From sequence record OZ413489.1: a stretch of DNA of 64,000 nucleotides. The stretch is one strand, 5' to 3'. The DNA comes from a phage. The translations under genes were made by a program, and so were the position numbers. Shown piece after piece: positions 9,048-18,812 of this stretch (within the stretch, counting starts at the first letter, position 1; every line of letters begins with the position of its first letter). Under the pieces are notes generated by a model that was not told the DNA's origin, did no database searches, and worked only from the letters and a program-made list of their open reading frames with translations.

Positions 9048-9065
9048 ACATTAGTGAGGGATATA

Positions 9066-9530
9066 ATGCTAAAGGTTAAATGTCAAACAAGGTTCAACCT
9101 AAAGCGTTTAGATCGCTTCTACAAAGAACTTGTGAGACTTGAAAGTAAAACAATAACCTACGGCTTTTATGACGAACCTCACCCGTCAGGCTTAAATATG
9201 GCAACATTGGCAGCCATTCACAACTTCGGTTGGAACGGGCTGCCTGTTCGCAATTTCATGGAGACAGCTTTTGCATTTCACAGCACTCAACTACAGACCT
9301 TGACAGAAAAATTGTTGAGAGCTATGGCTAGAGGATCAAGTGCAGAGGCTATTCTTAAGCAGATGGGGGACACAGGGGCCAAAGCTATCCAGTTTGTTAT
9401 TGAGGCTGGTCAGTTTAGTAACCCTACTGTTAGTGAGCAGTGGGCACAAGAGAAGGGCTTCAACGAGGCTATGCGGCATTACGATGTGCTGCTGGAATCT
9501 GCAACCTTTAAAATTGGACAGCAAAAATAA
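9066..9530 (+). CDS. hypothetical head-tail joining region protein
   Basis: Track ORF 9054-9530; ATG 9066 with GAGGGA RBS preferred; 154 aa. Confidence 0.4.
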   Translation: MLKVKCQTRFNLKRLDRFYKELVRLESKTITYGFYDEPHPSGLNMATLAAIHNFGWNGLPVRNFMETAFAFHSTQLQTLTEKLLRAMARGSSAEAILKQMGDTGAKAIQFVIEAGQFSNPTVSEQWAQEKGFNEAMRHYDVLLESATFKIGQQK

Positions 9531-9539
9531 GGGGGTTGA

Positions 9540-9965
9540 GTGGCAGCAGGTTATAAGCTGATAGGAAAGAACAGGCTAATACCCCGTAAAACATTCAAAG
9601 GTCGCCACAGAGTGTATAACAAAACAGTTGGTGGTCCTTTTGCTAACGAGGGGTTAGAATTTGAGTATGAAGAGTTTGATGTCTTAGAGTGTGTTGTGCA
9701 GCCGTTGACAGGAAGGGCAGCTAAAGATTACTCCTCTCAAATAAATCCAGAAGGTGACAGACAGTACGAGGCTTTTACAGTCTACTCCTCAACCAAGTTG
9801 TATAGTCCAGATGAAGGAACATATGCAATGGCTGATCAAATTCAGCTGCCTGACATCCGTGGTGACTTGAAATGGTTTACCGTTTTAAAATGCGATGCAT
9901 ATGTTACCTCTGGTGGTGGGAGATATAGATTTTTTGTGGTAGAAGAGCCTGAAGGAGAAGACTGA
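9540..9965 (+). CDS. hypothetical head-tail joining region protein
   Basis: 141 aa; GTG start with GGGGG RBS. Confidence 0.4.
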   Translation: MAAGYKLIGKNRLIPRKTFKGRHRVYNKTVGGPFANEGLEFEYEEFDVLECVVQPLTGRAAKDYSSQINPEGDRQYEAFTVYSSTKLYSPDEGTYAMADQIQLPDIRGDLKWFTVLKCDAYVTSGGGRYRFFVVEEPEGED

Positions 9966-10516
9966 TGGAAGCTTTCGAAAAAGTTTTTTCTGATCTTGAA
10001 ACAACCATTGCTAAGCTTGTCAAGGTTGCCACAGGAAGAACTGTAGTTTTGGCAGAAAGCTCTACCATACCGAAGCCGGAAGGTGAGTTTGTGCTTTTAC
10101 AAACCTTGGCGATCAATCCAACCACTTGGGAAGATAATGAGTTTCAAGACGCGGAGGGTAATGCCTACGTCACCCACAGTTACACTGTTACTTATCTGTT
10201 AACAGCTTATCGTGGCAGGGCATATGCTGCACTTAGCAGAGTATTGCAAGCAATAAACCTTCCGATGTTTTATGACAAGTATTTCCCTCTGGGATCGTGC
10301 TTTGCCTACTCTAACAATTCAACAATCTCACCTCAAAGAGTGCCGTTGAATAAGCAGACGTATGAAAATAGAGCCACTGTGATGCTGACATTTAACGTAA
10401 GGTTTGTTGAAACAGACATTGGGGCTTTTGAGGATCTTCAGGGAATTAAGGCTGAAATAACCACACACTTTCCTTCACCCAATTCTGGTAAAGCGGTTAC
10501 AGACAGTGGTCAGTAA
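9965..10516 (+). CDS. hypothetical head-tail joining region protein
   Basis: 183 aa; ATG overlaps upstream stop (TGATG). Confidence 0.4.
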   Translation: MEAFEKVFSDLETTIAKLVKVATGRTVVLAESSTIPKPEGEFVLLQTLAINPTTWEDNEFQDAEGNAYVTHSYTVTYLLTAYRGRAYAALSRVLQAINLPMFYDKYFPLGSCFAYSNNSTISPQRVPLNKQTYENRATVMLTFNVRFVETDIGAFEDLQGIKAEITTHFPSPNSGKAVTDSGQ

Positions 10517-10588
10517 TCGTTATAATTGTGTAGTGTAATGATTACACTGCGTGTTTGATATCCGTGCACAGATATTAAGAGGAAACAA

Positions 10589-11965
10589 ATGCCATATTTA
10601 GATAAAGTGGTAGATGTTACAGTTAACCTCGGAACCCAGCCTATTGACACTGTAGGTTTCGAAACTCCCCTGTTCATCGCTATCCACAACAACTTTACTG
10701 AGCGAGCTCGCGTATACGCTGAGCTGGATCAGATGGTGGAAGATGGTTTCGCACAAGGCTCTGCAGCGTATGAGTTTGCAGCAAAAGCTTTTGGTGGTGT
10801 ATTCCCTCCACAATACGTTATGATCGGCAGACAGGCCAAAGAAAAGACCACTGTAGATTTTAAAGGTATTGCTGCCGCAGCTGATACCGATGTCGTAATG
10901 ACTATTGCAAAAGGTAGCTACAATACTTCTTTGATAGTGCCTATCTCTGGTGGAACAGGTGCAACTCAGATTGCAGAGTCAATGAAGACTAAAATTGAAG
11001 CAGATGATAGCTTGAACGATATCACTGTAGAGGCTGCTGAAGGTGTTCTCACCATCACGGGTGATTGTACTGTTGGTTATCATACTGGCAACTATACAAT
11101 CAAAAATATCGCCAATGCTGAAAAACCTTCTACAGTAGTTGATAAGATCAATGCTGAGCGTGACAATTGGTACTTCCTGTGCCATGAAGACCACACCGAC
11201 ATTGAAGCATGTGCTAAGTGGGCTCAGGCTAACTACAAGCTGCATGTCTACTCTACTGCAGAAGATGTGACTGGTAAAGATAATAACATCGCCACCAAAC
11301 TGATGGCTGCACAATATGACAGTGTTGGCATGTACGATCCTCGTGCTGATAAAGATTTTCCAGAGGGTGGTATCGTAGGCGCTATGGCATCCAACGATCC
11401 GTCTTACGGTGACAGCTTGCACTTAAAACAGATGCCGGGTGTGATTGCACCATCTCTGACTTTAACTCAGCGTATGGCGATTTGGGAAAACCACGTTAAC
11501 TTCTACAGGATGATTAACGGTGTCGGTGCTTTCTGGGAAGGCAAGTGTGCTTCAGGTCAGTATGCAGACGCTATTCGTTTTGCACACTGGATCAAGTTCA
11601 GATCTGAAGAATCCATGTTTGGGTACATGCATCGTCGCTCCAATATGGGTTTAAGCATGAAGATGTCTGATGATGATCTTCCGGTTATCAAGTCTGTCCT
11701 GATGAACAACCCAATCAACACTGGCATTAAGAATGGTGCGATCCTGACAGGTTTCGACGAAGACAATAATGTATTCTACGACCCGATCATCACAGTTCCT
11801 AAACGTGCAGAAATCCCAACCAATCAGTTGGCTGCTCGTGTTCTGGAAGGTGTGAAAGTAGAACTGGTGTATAACAACGCCCTGCACTTCGTTCGTATCC
11901 GGATCAATGTCCTTCTGGACAAAGTTGGTTCTAAATCCACCAATGCTGTTGCAATGACTGAATAA
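10589..11965 (+). CDS. tail sheath protein (by gene order and size)
   Basis: 458 aa; AAGAGGA RBS; directly precedes a 157-aa tube-sized gene, the frameshifted chaperone and the tape measure. Confidence 0.5.
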   Translation: MPYLDKVVDVTVNLGTQPIDTVGFETPLFIAIHNNFTERARVYAELDQMVEDGFAQGSAAYEFAAKAFGGVFPPQYVMIGRQAKEKTTVDFKGIAAAADTDVVMTIAKGSYNTSLIVPISGGTGATQIAESMKTKIEADDSLNDITVEAAEGVLTITGDCTVGYHTGNYTIKNIANAEKPSTVVDKINAERDNWYFLCHEDHTDIEACAKWAQANYKLHVYSTAEDVTGKDNNIATKLMAAQYDSVGMYDPRADKDFPEGGIVGAMASNDPSYGDSLHLKQMPGVIAPSLTLTQRMAIWENHVNFYRMINGVGAFWEGKCASGQYADAIRFAHWIKFRSEESMFGYMHRRSNMGLSMKMSDDDLPVIKSVLMNNPINTGIKNGAILTGFDEDNNVFYDPIITVPKRAEIPTNQLAARVLEGVKVELVYNNALHFVRIRINVLLDKVGSKSTNAVAMTE

Positions 11966-11975
11966 GGAAGCCTAG

Positions 11976-12449
11976 ATGGAAACTCAAATTTTAACTCCTT
12001 ATGCGTATGACCCTAAAAAGGTCAAACTGTATCTGATGCAGCAGCGTGTCACTGGCTTCGCTGCTGACACCAAGATTGTTGTTTCAAGAAACGAAGACAA
12101 CATTTACCCTCACGTCGGTGTGGATGGTGAAATGTCTGCGGCTCTGTCTCGTAACCAATCTGGTGTTATGACCGTGTCTTTGCAGAACACTTCTGTATGG
12201 AACGCTTACCTTTCTGACTGGCAGAAACAGGCATCGATTACTGGTCTGGTATTCTTCCCAGTTCTGCTGGAAGGTAGCCAGGGTCCTGGTATTTCCACAA
12301 TTGGTTGGATCCAGAAACAGCCTGACCTGACTTACGGAACCGAAGTAGGTCAACTGGACTGGGATATCGGTATTCTGGATGCATGGCTCAACCGTGATAA
12401 CATCACTGGTGCTCTTACTGGCCTCGCAGGTCTTGCAGGTATTATCTAA
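11976..12449 (+). CDS. tail tube protein (by gene order and size)
   Basis: 157 aa; AAGGAAG RBS; followed by terminator, promoter and chaperone. Confidence 0.5.
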   Translation: METQILTPYAYDPKKVKLYLMQQRVTGFAADTKIVVSRNEDNIYPHVGVDGEMSAALSRNQSGVMTVSLQNTSVWNAYLSDWQKQASITGLVFFPVLLEGSQGPGISTIGWIQKQPDLTYGTEVGQLDWDIGILDAWLNRDNITGALTGLAGLAGII

Positions 12450-12467
12450 GGGCACACTTTAGCATAA

Positions 12468-12496
12468 GCCTCACCTTCGGGTGGGGCTTTTTGCTT
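12468..12496 (+). terminator. rho-independent terminator
   Basis: GCCTCACC-TTCG-GGTGGGGC then TTTTTGCTTTT. Confidence 0.7.
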
Positions 12497-12539
12497 TTAT
12501 GGTTTTGACACACGTTCTTGAATTGCTTGGAAGGTTAAA

Positions 12540-12568
12540 TTGACAATGCACCATAATCATGGTAAAAT
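12540..12568 (+). promoter_or_regulatory. sigma70-like promoter, TTGACA-17-TGgTAAAAT
   Basis: -35 12540-12545, -10 12563-12568 preceded by TGG. Confidence 0.5.
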
Positions 12569-12611
12569 ACACAAATATGGTGCACAACATGACTAATAAG
12601 GATGCTATAAA

Positions 12612-13085
12612 ATGGCTATAAACTTTAGACCTACAACAGAGATTGATTTAGCAGGGCACAACTTTGTGATCACCCACTGGGGACCGATGAAAGCAATGAA
12701 AAACATGCCTAAAATCGGTAAGATTGTGGCTGTCCCGCTAGGTGCTATCGGTGGATCTATTATCTCAGGCGGTCAGAACATGGCAGAGGTCCTTCCTACA
12801 GCTCTGGCTTACCTGTTCCAAGAACTTGATGATAACTCTATCGAAGAGTTATTTAAAATTTTGTTCGAAGATATTACCGTAGATGGTGTGGATAAGCTTA
12901 ACCCGGATGTTGTGTTTGCAGGGCATCTGCTGGAGATGATTAAGCTGGCAGGTAAGGTTCTGGAGGTTAACTACGGCTGTTTTTTCACACAAGACGGTTT
13001 AGGAAGCCTTCTGGAGATGTTACAGCAGATGGGTATGATTCAGCAGGTGAACAACCTGGATCAGACTCCGGAAGAGCAGGAATAA
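12612..13085 (+). CDS. tail assembly chaperone (G-like, frame 0 product)
   Basis: 157 aa between tube and tape measure genes; contains slippery heptamer. Confidence 0.5.
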   Translation: MAINFRPTTEIDLAGHNFVITHWGPMKAMKNMPKIGKIVAVPLGAIGGSIISGGQNMAEVLPTALAYLFQELDDNSIEELFKILFEDITVDGVDKLNPDVVFAGHLLEMIKLAGKVLEVNYGCFFTQDGLGSLLEMLQQMGMIQQVNNLDQTPEEQE

Positions 13086-13345
13086 GCAAGGTTGTTGTGA
13101 GGGCCAGTGAGTGGGCAGCCAAGAACAGTTCACTCAACTGGTTCGACTTTCTTTGGTGTAGAGTGCTCAAGAATTTCAAAGGGGAAAATTTTGAATCGCT
13201 AAATCTTGCAGATATGGCGTATTTCCTGAAGCTCTGTGAGTATCTTGATATCGAAGAATTCCTAGATACCGTCCAAAACAGGGAAATGGAGCGGGAGCAG
13301 AAGGCTGCCGCAGCTGCTGCGAAAGCTAAGCGCAGGAGAGGATAA
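12971..13345 (+). CDS. -1 frame extension of tail assembly chaperone (GT-like fusion by frameshift)
   Basis: -1 frame open 12971-13345 (track ORF 13097-13345 is its downstream part); predicted fusion about 244 aa. Confidence 0.4.
   Translation, partial: LRLFFHTRRFRKPSGDVTADGYDSAGEQPGSDSGRAGISKVVVRASEWAAKNSSLNWFDFLWCRVLKNFKGENFESLNLADMAYFLKLCEYLDIEEFLDTVQNREMEREQKAAAAAAKAKRRRG
12980..12986 (+). promoter_or_regulatory. candidate -1 ribosomal frameshift slippery site T TTT TTC
   Basis: X XXY YYZ heptamer in frame 0 (codons TGT TTT TTC); -1 frame is open from 12971 to 13345. Confidence 0.45.
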
Positions 13346-13350
13346 TCTAA

Positions 13351-13388
13351 GGGCCGGATTCCTTTTCTGGGATCTGGCCCTTTTTATT
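13351..13388 (+). terminator. rho-independent terminator
   Basis: 12-bp stem GGGCCGGATTCC/GGGATCTGGCCC then TTTTTATT. Confidence 0.7.
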
Positions 13389-13399
13389 ATGAGGAAACC

Positions 13400-15736
13400 A
13401 TGGCTACAAACAAAATAGTTGCCACAACAGTCAACAAGATTGGCTTTGAGATAGAGAACTCCTCCTACAAAAAAGCTGTAGAGAAAATTCGCAGTATTGG
13501 GAGGGAGTTCAGGAAACTGGGCGAGGATTTTAACTCAGCCAACCCCATGAGTAGATGGCAGGCGGTAGCTGTTAAAACCCAGCAGACAATGCAGCGGGTT
13601 GCCAGACAGCAATCTCAGGCAAATGCTAAACTGCACAGAGAGAGCGTAGCACAGGCCAAGAAAGAGGCTGCAGTAAGGGCTGCAATAGAACGTAGGGAGA
13701 ATGCGAGACGTAAACAAGCTGTAGGTAATCTTACCGCTAAAAATCCAGAAATGGCTAGGATGCGTAAGTTCTACCAGCAGCAAGCTAAAGAGGCCAAAAA
13801 GGCTGCCAAATCTGCACCAGTGTCTTACGGTGGTTATAAGGCACCTAAGGCAAGAGTTTTGGCTAATGCCAAATCTTTCAAATATATCCCAGGTAACCCT
13901 AATATGGGTGGTGTGGCTTCCGACCCTAACCTTGTGAAAGCTCAGACAGCCGCTATGAATCGTTATCATAGACAGCTAAGAAGAGACAGTAAAGCTGGTA
14001 TGGATAATAGGCTTATGTCGGATCGTGAGGCAAGGAGAACCCACCTCTACAACTCCGCGATAAGACTTTCTGCCAAGTATGGGGCCGGATTCCGTGGAAG
14101 CTTGCCAGGATACTCAGAGTTAGAGTCCAGGTTTGCTCGCGGGGAGATGAAGAAGTCAACCTTTAACGCCCACCTGTCAGCGCTGCAGTCTGGGTTTAAA
14201 AGCGCCACCAGCCAAACGCTTACACTAGGCGATGCCATGAGAGACTTACGTAGATCTGTTATTAATGCAACAGCTGCGTATACAGCTTTTTCTGGATTTG
14301 CTGCGGTTAACAGATCCGGTCACATGATGGAGGGGGCAAGTGCTGCTCTTACTGCTGTCACTGGAGATCCAAACAAAGCCAACAGTGAGGTTGCGTTTGT
14401 CCAGCAAGAGGCTATGCGTCTTGGTTTTGATCTCAAATCTGGTCTTCAAGGTTACGCCCAGATGTCGGTAAACGCCAAAAACCAGATGACAAATCAGGAA
14501 GTGCATGAGCTGTTTTCTGCATACTCCCAGTATGCTGCTGCTTATGGTGCCGATGAGGTAAAATACCAGCGCGGTATTATGGCTATCCAACAGATGCTTG
14601 GCAAGGGACAAGTAATGTCCGAAGAACTGAAGCAACAACTTGCTGAAGCATTGCCTGGTGCATACGAACCTTTTATCAAGGCCACCAAAGAGGCTTTTGG
14701 TCTTTCTGAACTCTCCATGGATCAGTTCATGGACATGATGAAGAAAGGTGAGGTTAAAACAGCCAAGATCATGAAGTATGTGGCTAAGTACATGAACGAG
14801 GCATCTGCAGCTGGTTATGAAAGAATGCAGAAGTCTAACGTGCTGGCAGAAAACAGACTGAAAACCTTCATCGAACTGACTCGTCAGAAACTGTTCACCC
14901 GTTGGTCTGACGAACTAACAGAGTTCTATTATACACTAATCCGCACTGGTGAGACTCTGCAATTTGTGTGGGATGCCTCTGGTGATTTTGTTAGCGGGTT
15001 TGTGAGAGGCCTTAACTGGGTAGTTGGTGAACTAAACAACACTATAGTCAAGATCCGCATGTTTTTCCTTGAATGGGGGATTAAATGGGGATTCATAACA
15101 GCTAAGACGAAGGAATATTCTGAAGAGCTTCATGACACCTTTAGCTATGCTAAATGGGCAGGGTTTGCTGCTGCCATCATGCTGGTAGTCAACGCCCTAA
15201 CAAAAGGTTTTGTCATGGCATCCATGCTTGTAAAAACCTTTAAATTCCTTAACTCTCTAAGGGGTGCAGCTGGAGCAGCGGGTGCCGCTACTACAGAAGG
15301 ATCTGGTGGTGGAGCTCCGGCAGGAAAAGGTGGGGGTGGCCTCAAGACACCTGGTGGCAAAGTTGGTCTGCTCGGTAAGCTGGGCATTATCGGTACAATA
15401 CTAAGCGCCGGGGAATTATTTAATGACCGTTACAACCCACTAAGTGAAAGAAATCAGCAGCTAGGTACTATCAGCGATATGATTCGCAAAGATATCATAT
15501 CGGGAGGTAACGGGTTTGTTAATCCTTTGGACACCTTACCTGGCGGGACTCTTCCGTTGCCGGGTGGCCCTGGTTTTGCTTCTCAATTAAGAACTATGGA
15601 AATGCTACCTTTAGAGATCAGTGATGGGAAAATCACGATTTCAATAGATGAGGGTGAGTTTAACAAAATATTTGATGCAAAACTTGAGTGGGAGAACAAT
15701 AAAGATATCAACTTCATGTCTACCGACCTTTGGTAA
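13400..15736 (+). CDS. tail tape measure protein
   Basis: 778 aa; helical Ala/Gln/Lys-rich N-terminal part, Gly-rich tract GAAGAAGAATTEGSGGGAPAGKGGGG; after chaperone pair. Confidence 0.65.
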   Translation: MATNKIVATTVNKIGFEIENSSYKKAVEKIRSIGREFRKLGEDFNSANPMSRWQAVAVKTQQTMQRVARQQSQANAKLHRESVAQAKKEAAVRAAIERRENARRKQAVGNLTAKNPEMARMRKFYQQQAKEAKKAAKSAPVSYGGYKAPKARVLANAKSFKYIPGNPNMGGVASDPNLVKAQTAAMNRYHRQLRRDSKAGMDNRLMSDREARRTHLYNSAIRLSAKYGAGFRGSLPGYSELESRFARGEMKKSTFNAHLSALQSGFKSATSQTLTLGDAMRDLRRSVINATAAYTAFSGFAAVNRSGHMMEGASAALTAVTGDPNKANSEVAFVQQEAMRLGFDLKSGLQGYAQMSVNAKNQMTNQEVHELFSAYSQYAAAYGADEVKYQRGIMAIQQMLGKGQVMSEELKQQLAEALPGAYEPFIKATKEAFGLSELSMDQFMDMMKKGEVKTAKIMKYVAKYMNEASAAGYERMQKSNVLAENRLKTFIELTRQKLFTRWSDELTEFYYTLIRTGETLQFVWDASGDFVSGFVRGLNWVVGELNNTIVKIRMFFLEWGIKWGFITAKTKEYSEELHDTFSYAKWAGFAAAIMLVVNALTKGFVMASMLVKTFKFLNSLRGAAGAAGAATTEGSGGGAPAGKGGGGLKTPGGKVGLLGKLGIIGTILSAGELFNDRYNPLSERNQQLGTISDMIRKDIISGGNGFVNPLDTLPGGTLPLPGGPGFASQLRTMEMLPLEISDGKITISIDEGEFNKIFDAKLEWENNKDINFMSTDLW

Positions 15737-15748
15737 TAAACTGTGCAA

Positions 15749-15773
15749 GGGGGCTCCGGCCCCCTTTATTTTA
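15749..15773 (+). terminator. rho-independent terminator
   Basis: GGGGGC-TCCG-GCCCCC then TTTATTTTA. Confidence 0.7.
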
Positions 15774-15779
15774 TCGGTG

Positions 15780-15808
15780 TTGTAAAAACGGCTATTTTAT
15801 GATACAAT
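15780..15808 (+). promoter_or_regulatory. sigma70-like promoter, TTGTAA-17-TGaTACAAT
   Basis: -35 15780-15785, -10 15803-15808 preceded by TGA. Confidence 0.45.
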
Positions 15809-15841
15809 ATCTAGATGGTATCGGAGTGTCCTGGAGAGGTT

Positions 15842-16726
15842 ATGCCAAGCAATATAGTTGATGAAAAAGACCTGTACAAGCCTCAAGAGGTTAAATCTCC
15901 AAAGGCTGAAAAGGCAGAGCAGCAAACTGAAAGCGATGTAAAGTACACTATGTTTGTCAGCGGTCTTAACTATGGCGGTCGCAATACGGAGATGAAGGGT
16001 AAAAACTTTACTAACGATCTTGCCATTATCTTCGATCAGGTTGAGAATTACTCTTTCAAACATTCTGTTGATAAGACTGGGTTTGCGGTGGAAGATAAAT
16101 CTACCCTGTCAGACCACGCCGTAATTAAAGATGGTGTATTTTCTTTTACTGGTAGGGTAAATACATCCCCACACATAATCTATGAGCAAAACTACATTGA
16201 TAGGAATACTGACTCTAAAAACCCTGCAGCATCTATGCGACCAGGCGCTGCATTGGAGGCTTTGACTGAGATTATCAATAAGCGACAGTTGGTTTCTTTG
16301 GTTACCGAGGAGAGACTTCTTGAGAACTACATCATAACCAGTCTTTCTGCCAACAAGTCTGTTGGTGAAGGCGCTGCAATGGTGTTTGATGTAGAACTTA
16401 CAGAGTTCCGCACATTCTACTTGAATAAGGTTGTTAATGCAACTGTATACAGCAATCCTAAGAAAGTAGGCAAGACCCAACAAAAAGGCGCTGTCAACGA
16501 CTGTAAGAATGGTAGTAACGTAGGTAACAAGAGGGACACAGGAGCATTCGCAGACACTGCATCCACAAACGCTGCAGAGGAGTGGCAGCCATACAAATCT
16601 ATGATGTGGACAGATGAAAACGGTGTTACCCAATCGGCTGCGGATTGGTATTATCAGGAATATGGAAGACCTTCTACCATAGTCCCATCTGAGCAGGGAA
16701 ACTACAACAAAGTTAACGGGAAATAA
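15842..16726 (+). CDS. tail or baseplate-associated protein (unknown)
   Basis: Track ORF 15815-16726; ATG 15842 with GGAGAGG RBS preferred (294 aa); first gene after tape measure. Confidence 0.4.
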   Translation: MPSNIVDEKDLYKPQEVKSPKAEKAEQQTESDVKYTMFVSGLNYGGRNTEMKGKNFTNDLAIIFDQVENYSFKHSVDKTGFAVEDKSTLSDHAVIKDGVFSFTGRVNTSPHIIYEQNYIDRNTDSKNPAASMRPGAALEALTEIINKRQLVSLVTEERLLENYIITSLSANKSVGEGAAMVFDVELTEFRTFYLNKVVNATVYSNPKKVGKTQQKGAVNDCKNGSNVGNKRDTGAFADTASTNAAEEWQPYKSMMWTDENGVTQSAADWYYQEYGRPSTIVPSEQGNYNKVNGK

Positions 16727-16738
16727 GGGGAGCGTATA

Positions 16739-17119
16739 ATGGAGCTTAAAGATTGGTGCATAATCACCTTTGTGTGGGACATTGACGGCTTTCCTGACCA
16801 AACCATGCGTGTTGTTTTAGACAATGAAACGTATGAAATGCGTATGCAATGGAATGAGAGGGATGAGTCCTGGTGGTTATCTCTTGGTCCAGTAGGTGAT
16901 AGCCCTTTAGTAACCAGAAAAGTAACAGCTTGTCAAGATATTTTAGACGGGCTGCATTACAGAGATGATTTACCGAAAGGAAGACTGATGGTGCTGTCGT
17001 TTAAAGACGATCAATATTGGGGTAGAGTTGGAAGATATAACCTTGGGGCGAGATCTGAGCTACAACTTGTATACGGCACCCCGGTTGATCTTTACAAGGA
17101 ACAGCAAGGGTTAGAATAA
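16739..17119 (+). CDS. small tail protein (unknown)
   Basis: 126 aa; AAGGGGA RBS. Confidence 0.35.
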   Translation: MELKDWCIITFVWDIDGFPDQTMRVVLDNETYEMRMQWNERDESWWLSLGPVGDSPLVTRKVTACQDILDGLHYRDDLPKGRLMVLSFKDDQYWGRVGRYNLGARSELQLVYGTPVDLYKEQQGLE

Positions 17120-18123
17120 TGGCAGAGTACAGACGTAGAACATGGCGATTATTGTTTGGTCGTCCTGTAGAACATGGCGGCAAATCAAAAACCAATATCC
17201 CAAAATCTGTTGAAAAGAAAGGGGAGAGTGATTCCGGAGTTTATGAAGTTAGCTCGGACACTGGTGCTGCCAATATAGAGTTTGACATACAAAAGGACAA
17301 TACCAAAGAGCCAAACAAAGGTTATGTGACAGTTTACAACCTGTCTGACGATACAGTTAACTATCTGGACATGCATCAGGCTGATGCCCTTGCAGTTATG
17401 TTTGAAGCTGGCTATGATGATGAGAACCAGTTAATATTCTCCGGAACTGTGGAGTTTGTTGAAGACAGATGGGAAGGTCCGACCAGAAAAACTAAGTTCA
17501 TCTTCGGGGATGGCACTGAGAACATCATTAAGTGCCAAAGCACAAGATCTTATCAGAAAGGCACACCTCTGAACTCTGTGCTTAATGACCTGCTGAAGGA
17601 TATGAACTTGCCAAAAGGTAGGGTTGTTGGTTTTGGAAACCAGACTTTGCAATACTCTATGGCTTTCTCTGGAAACACTGCAGAGAACCTCCGCAGGTTT
17701 GCAAGGCTGACCAACTCCACATTTAGCGTTCAGGATGGGGCTTTGTATTGGACCAAGGTTGGAAAAAGGTTCAAAGACTCTGTGTTTGAAATAAGTGCAG
17801 AGTCTGGGATGCACGGATCTCCTACCCCTAAAAACCCAGAACCTGCTAAAAAACGAAAAGCTAAAGCTGCTGCCAAAGGTGGTTCGACATCTAAAAAGAA
17901 AAAGAAAAACCCGAGAGAGGATGTTGGCCTTACTGTAACCACATGCCTTAACGGAGCTATCCTCCCAGAGTCCACTATTTATCTTAAAAGCAAGCAATAT
18001 ACAGGCTTCTATAAGGTGATTACGGTGCATCATAAGGGCACCATAGAAGGTGGTGATTACACTACAGAGCTTGGCCTTGGGGAAACAGTGGGTGGAGTTG
18101 TTGACAAAACTGAGGAGGTATAA
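17119..18123 (+). CDS. baseplate hub-like protein (by position) with Lys-rich linker
   Basis: 334 aa; precedes spike-like gene; low-complexity PAKKRKAKAAAKGGSTSKKKKKNPRE segment. Confidence 0.35.
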   Translation: MAEYRRRTWRLLFGRPVEHGGKSKTNIPKSVEKKGESDSGVYEVSSDTGAANIEFDIQKDNTKEPNKGYVTVYNLSDDTVNYLDMHQADALAVMFEAGYDDENQLIFSGTVEFVEDRWEGPTRKTKFIFGDGTENIIKCQSTRSYQKGTPLNSVLNDLLKDMNLPKGRVVGFGNQTLQYSMAFSGNTAENLRRFARLTNSTFSVQDGALYWTKVGKRFKDSVFEISAESGMHGSPTPKNPEPAKKRKAKAAAKGGSTSKKKKKNPREDVGLTVTTCLNGAILPESTIYLKSKQYTGFYKVITVHHKGTIEGGDYTTELGLGETVGGVVDKTEEV

Positions 18124-18800
18124 TGGCAATAAATAGGAAAGATGCTGCTGTAAGATCCTTTATAGAAAAAATAATGAGGGACTACCACACCAGTATCAGG
18201 GCCAGAGTTGTCAGTGTAGACTACAGTATCCCTTCTGCAGCCGTGCAGCCAATTGCTGAAACCACGTTTGATGACGGGGATGTAGAGAGATACCCTCTTA
18301 TCTATGACGTTCCAATTCAGGTGATGTCTGCAAACAGCGGAAAGGCAAGGTTAACACTCCCTATTAAGGCTGGAGATGTTGTAGGATTGCAGTTTTCAGA
18401 GAGAAATGAAAACAATAACGACGATCAACAAACTCACGGTCTGTTTCCGGGGTGGGCAATAACCTCTGTTCATTCAGACTCAAACGCTTTACAGATCGAT
18501 CCTGATAACGTAGAGTTATGGAATGATAGGGTTTATTTTAAACTGACACCTTCTGGAGATTTTGAGCTTCAAACACCCGGTGGGACATTACGGTGCGACA
18601 GCAGCGGGGAGTTTTCTTTCACTAACGGGGCTGCCAATTTGCGAGCTGCTGTGGATGGGAATATCAGAATGAATGGTGCTACAATAGACCCATCTGGTAG
18701 AATTATAACTGCTGCTGGCGTGGATTTGGATTCATTCTATGCAGAATATAAAGGTCATACCCACTCTTGCCCTGATGGCGAGACAAGTGGACCACACTAA
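18123..18800 (+). CDS. baseplate spike protein (gpV-like)
   Basis: 225 aa; His- and Cys-containing C-terminal tip motif (HTHSCPDGETSGPH); position after hub-like gene. Confidence 0.4.
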   Translation: MAINRKDAAVRSFIEKIMRDYHTSIRARVVSVDYSIPSAAVQPIAETTFDDGDVERYPLIYDVPIQVMSANSGKARLTLPIKAGDVVGLQFSERNENNNDDQQTHGLFPGWAITSVHSDSNALQIDPDNVELWNDRVYFKLTPSGDFELQTPGGTLRCDSSGEFSFTNGAANLRAAVDGNIRMNGATIDPSGRIITAAGVDLDSFYAEYKGHTHSCPDGETSGPH

Positions 18801-18812
18801 TAGAGGGCTTTA

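Noticed and set aside
12505-12533. Second TTGACA upstream of the chaperone promoter as an additional promoter
   Set aside because: No acceptable -10 hexamer at 16-18 nt spacing
16109-16801. Long antisense ORFs inside structural genes (for example 16109-16801, 17431-18129, 27880-28608, 23610-24122)
   Set aside because: They fully overlap well-supported sense-strand genes, lack RBS context and have Cys/Leu/Ser-rich composition typical of shadow frames
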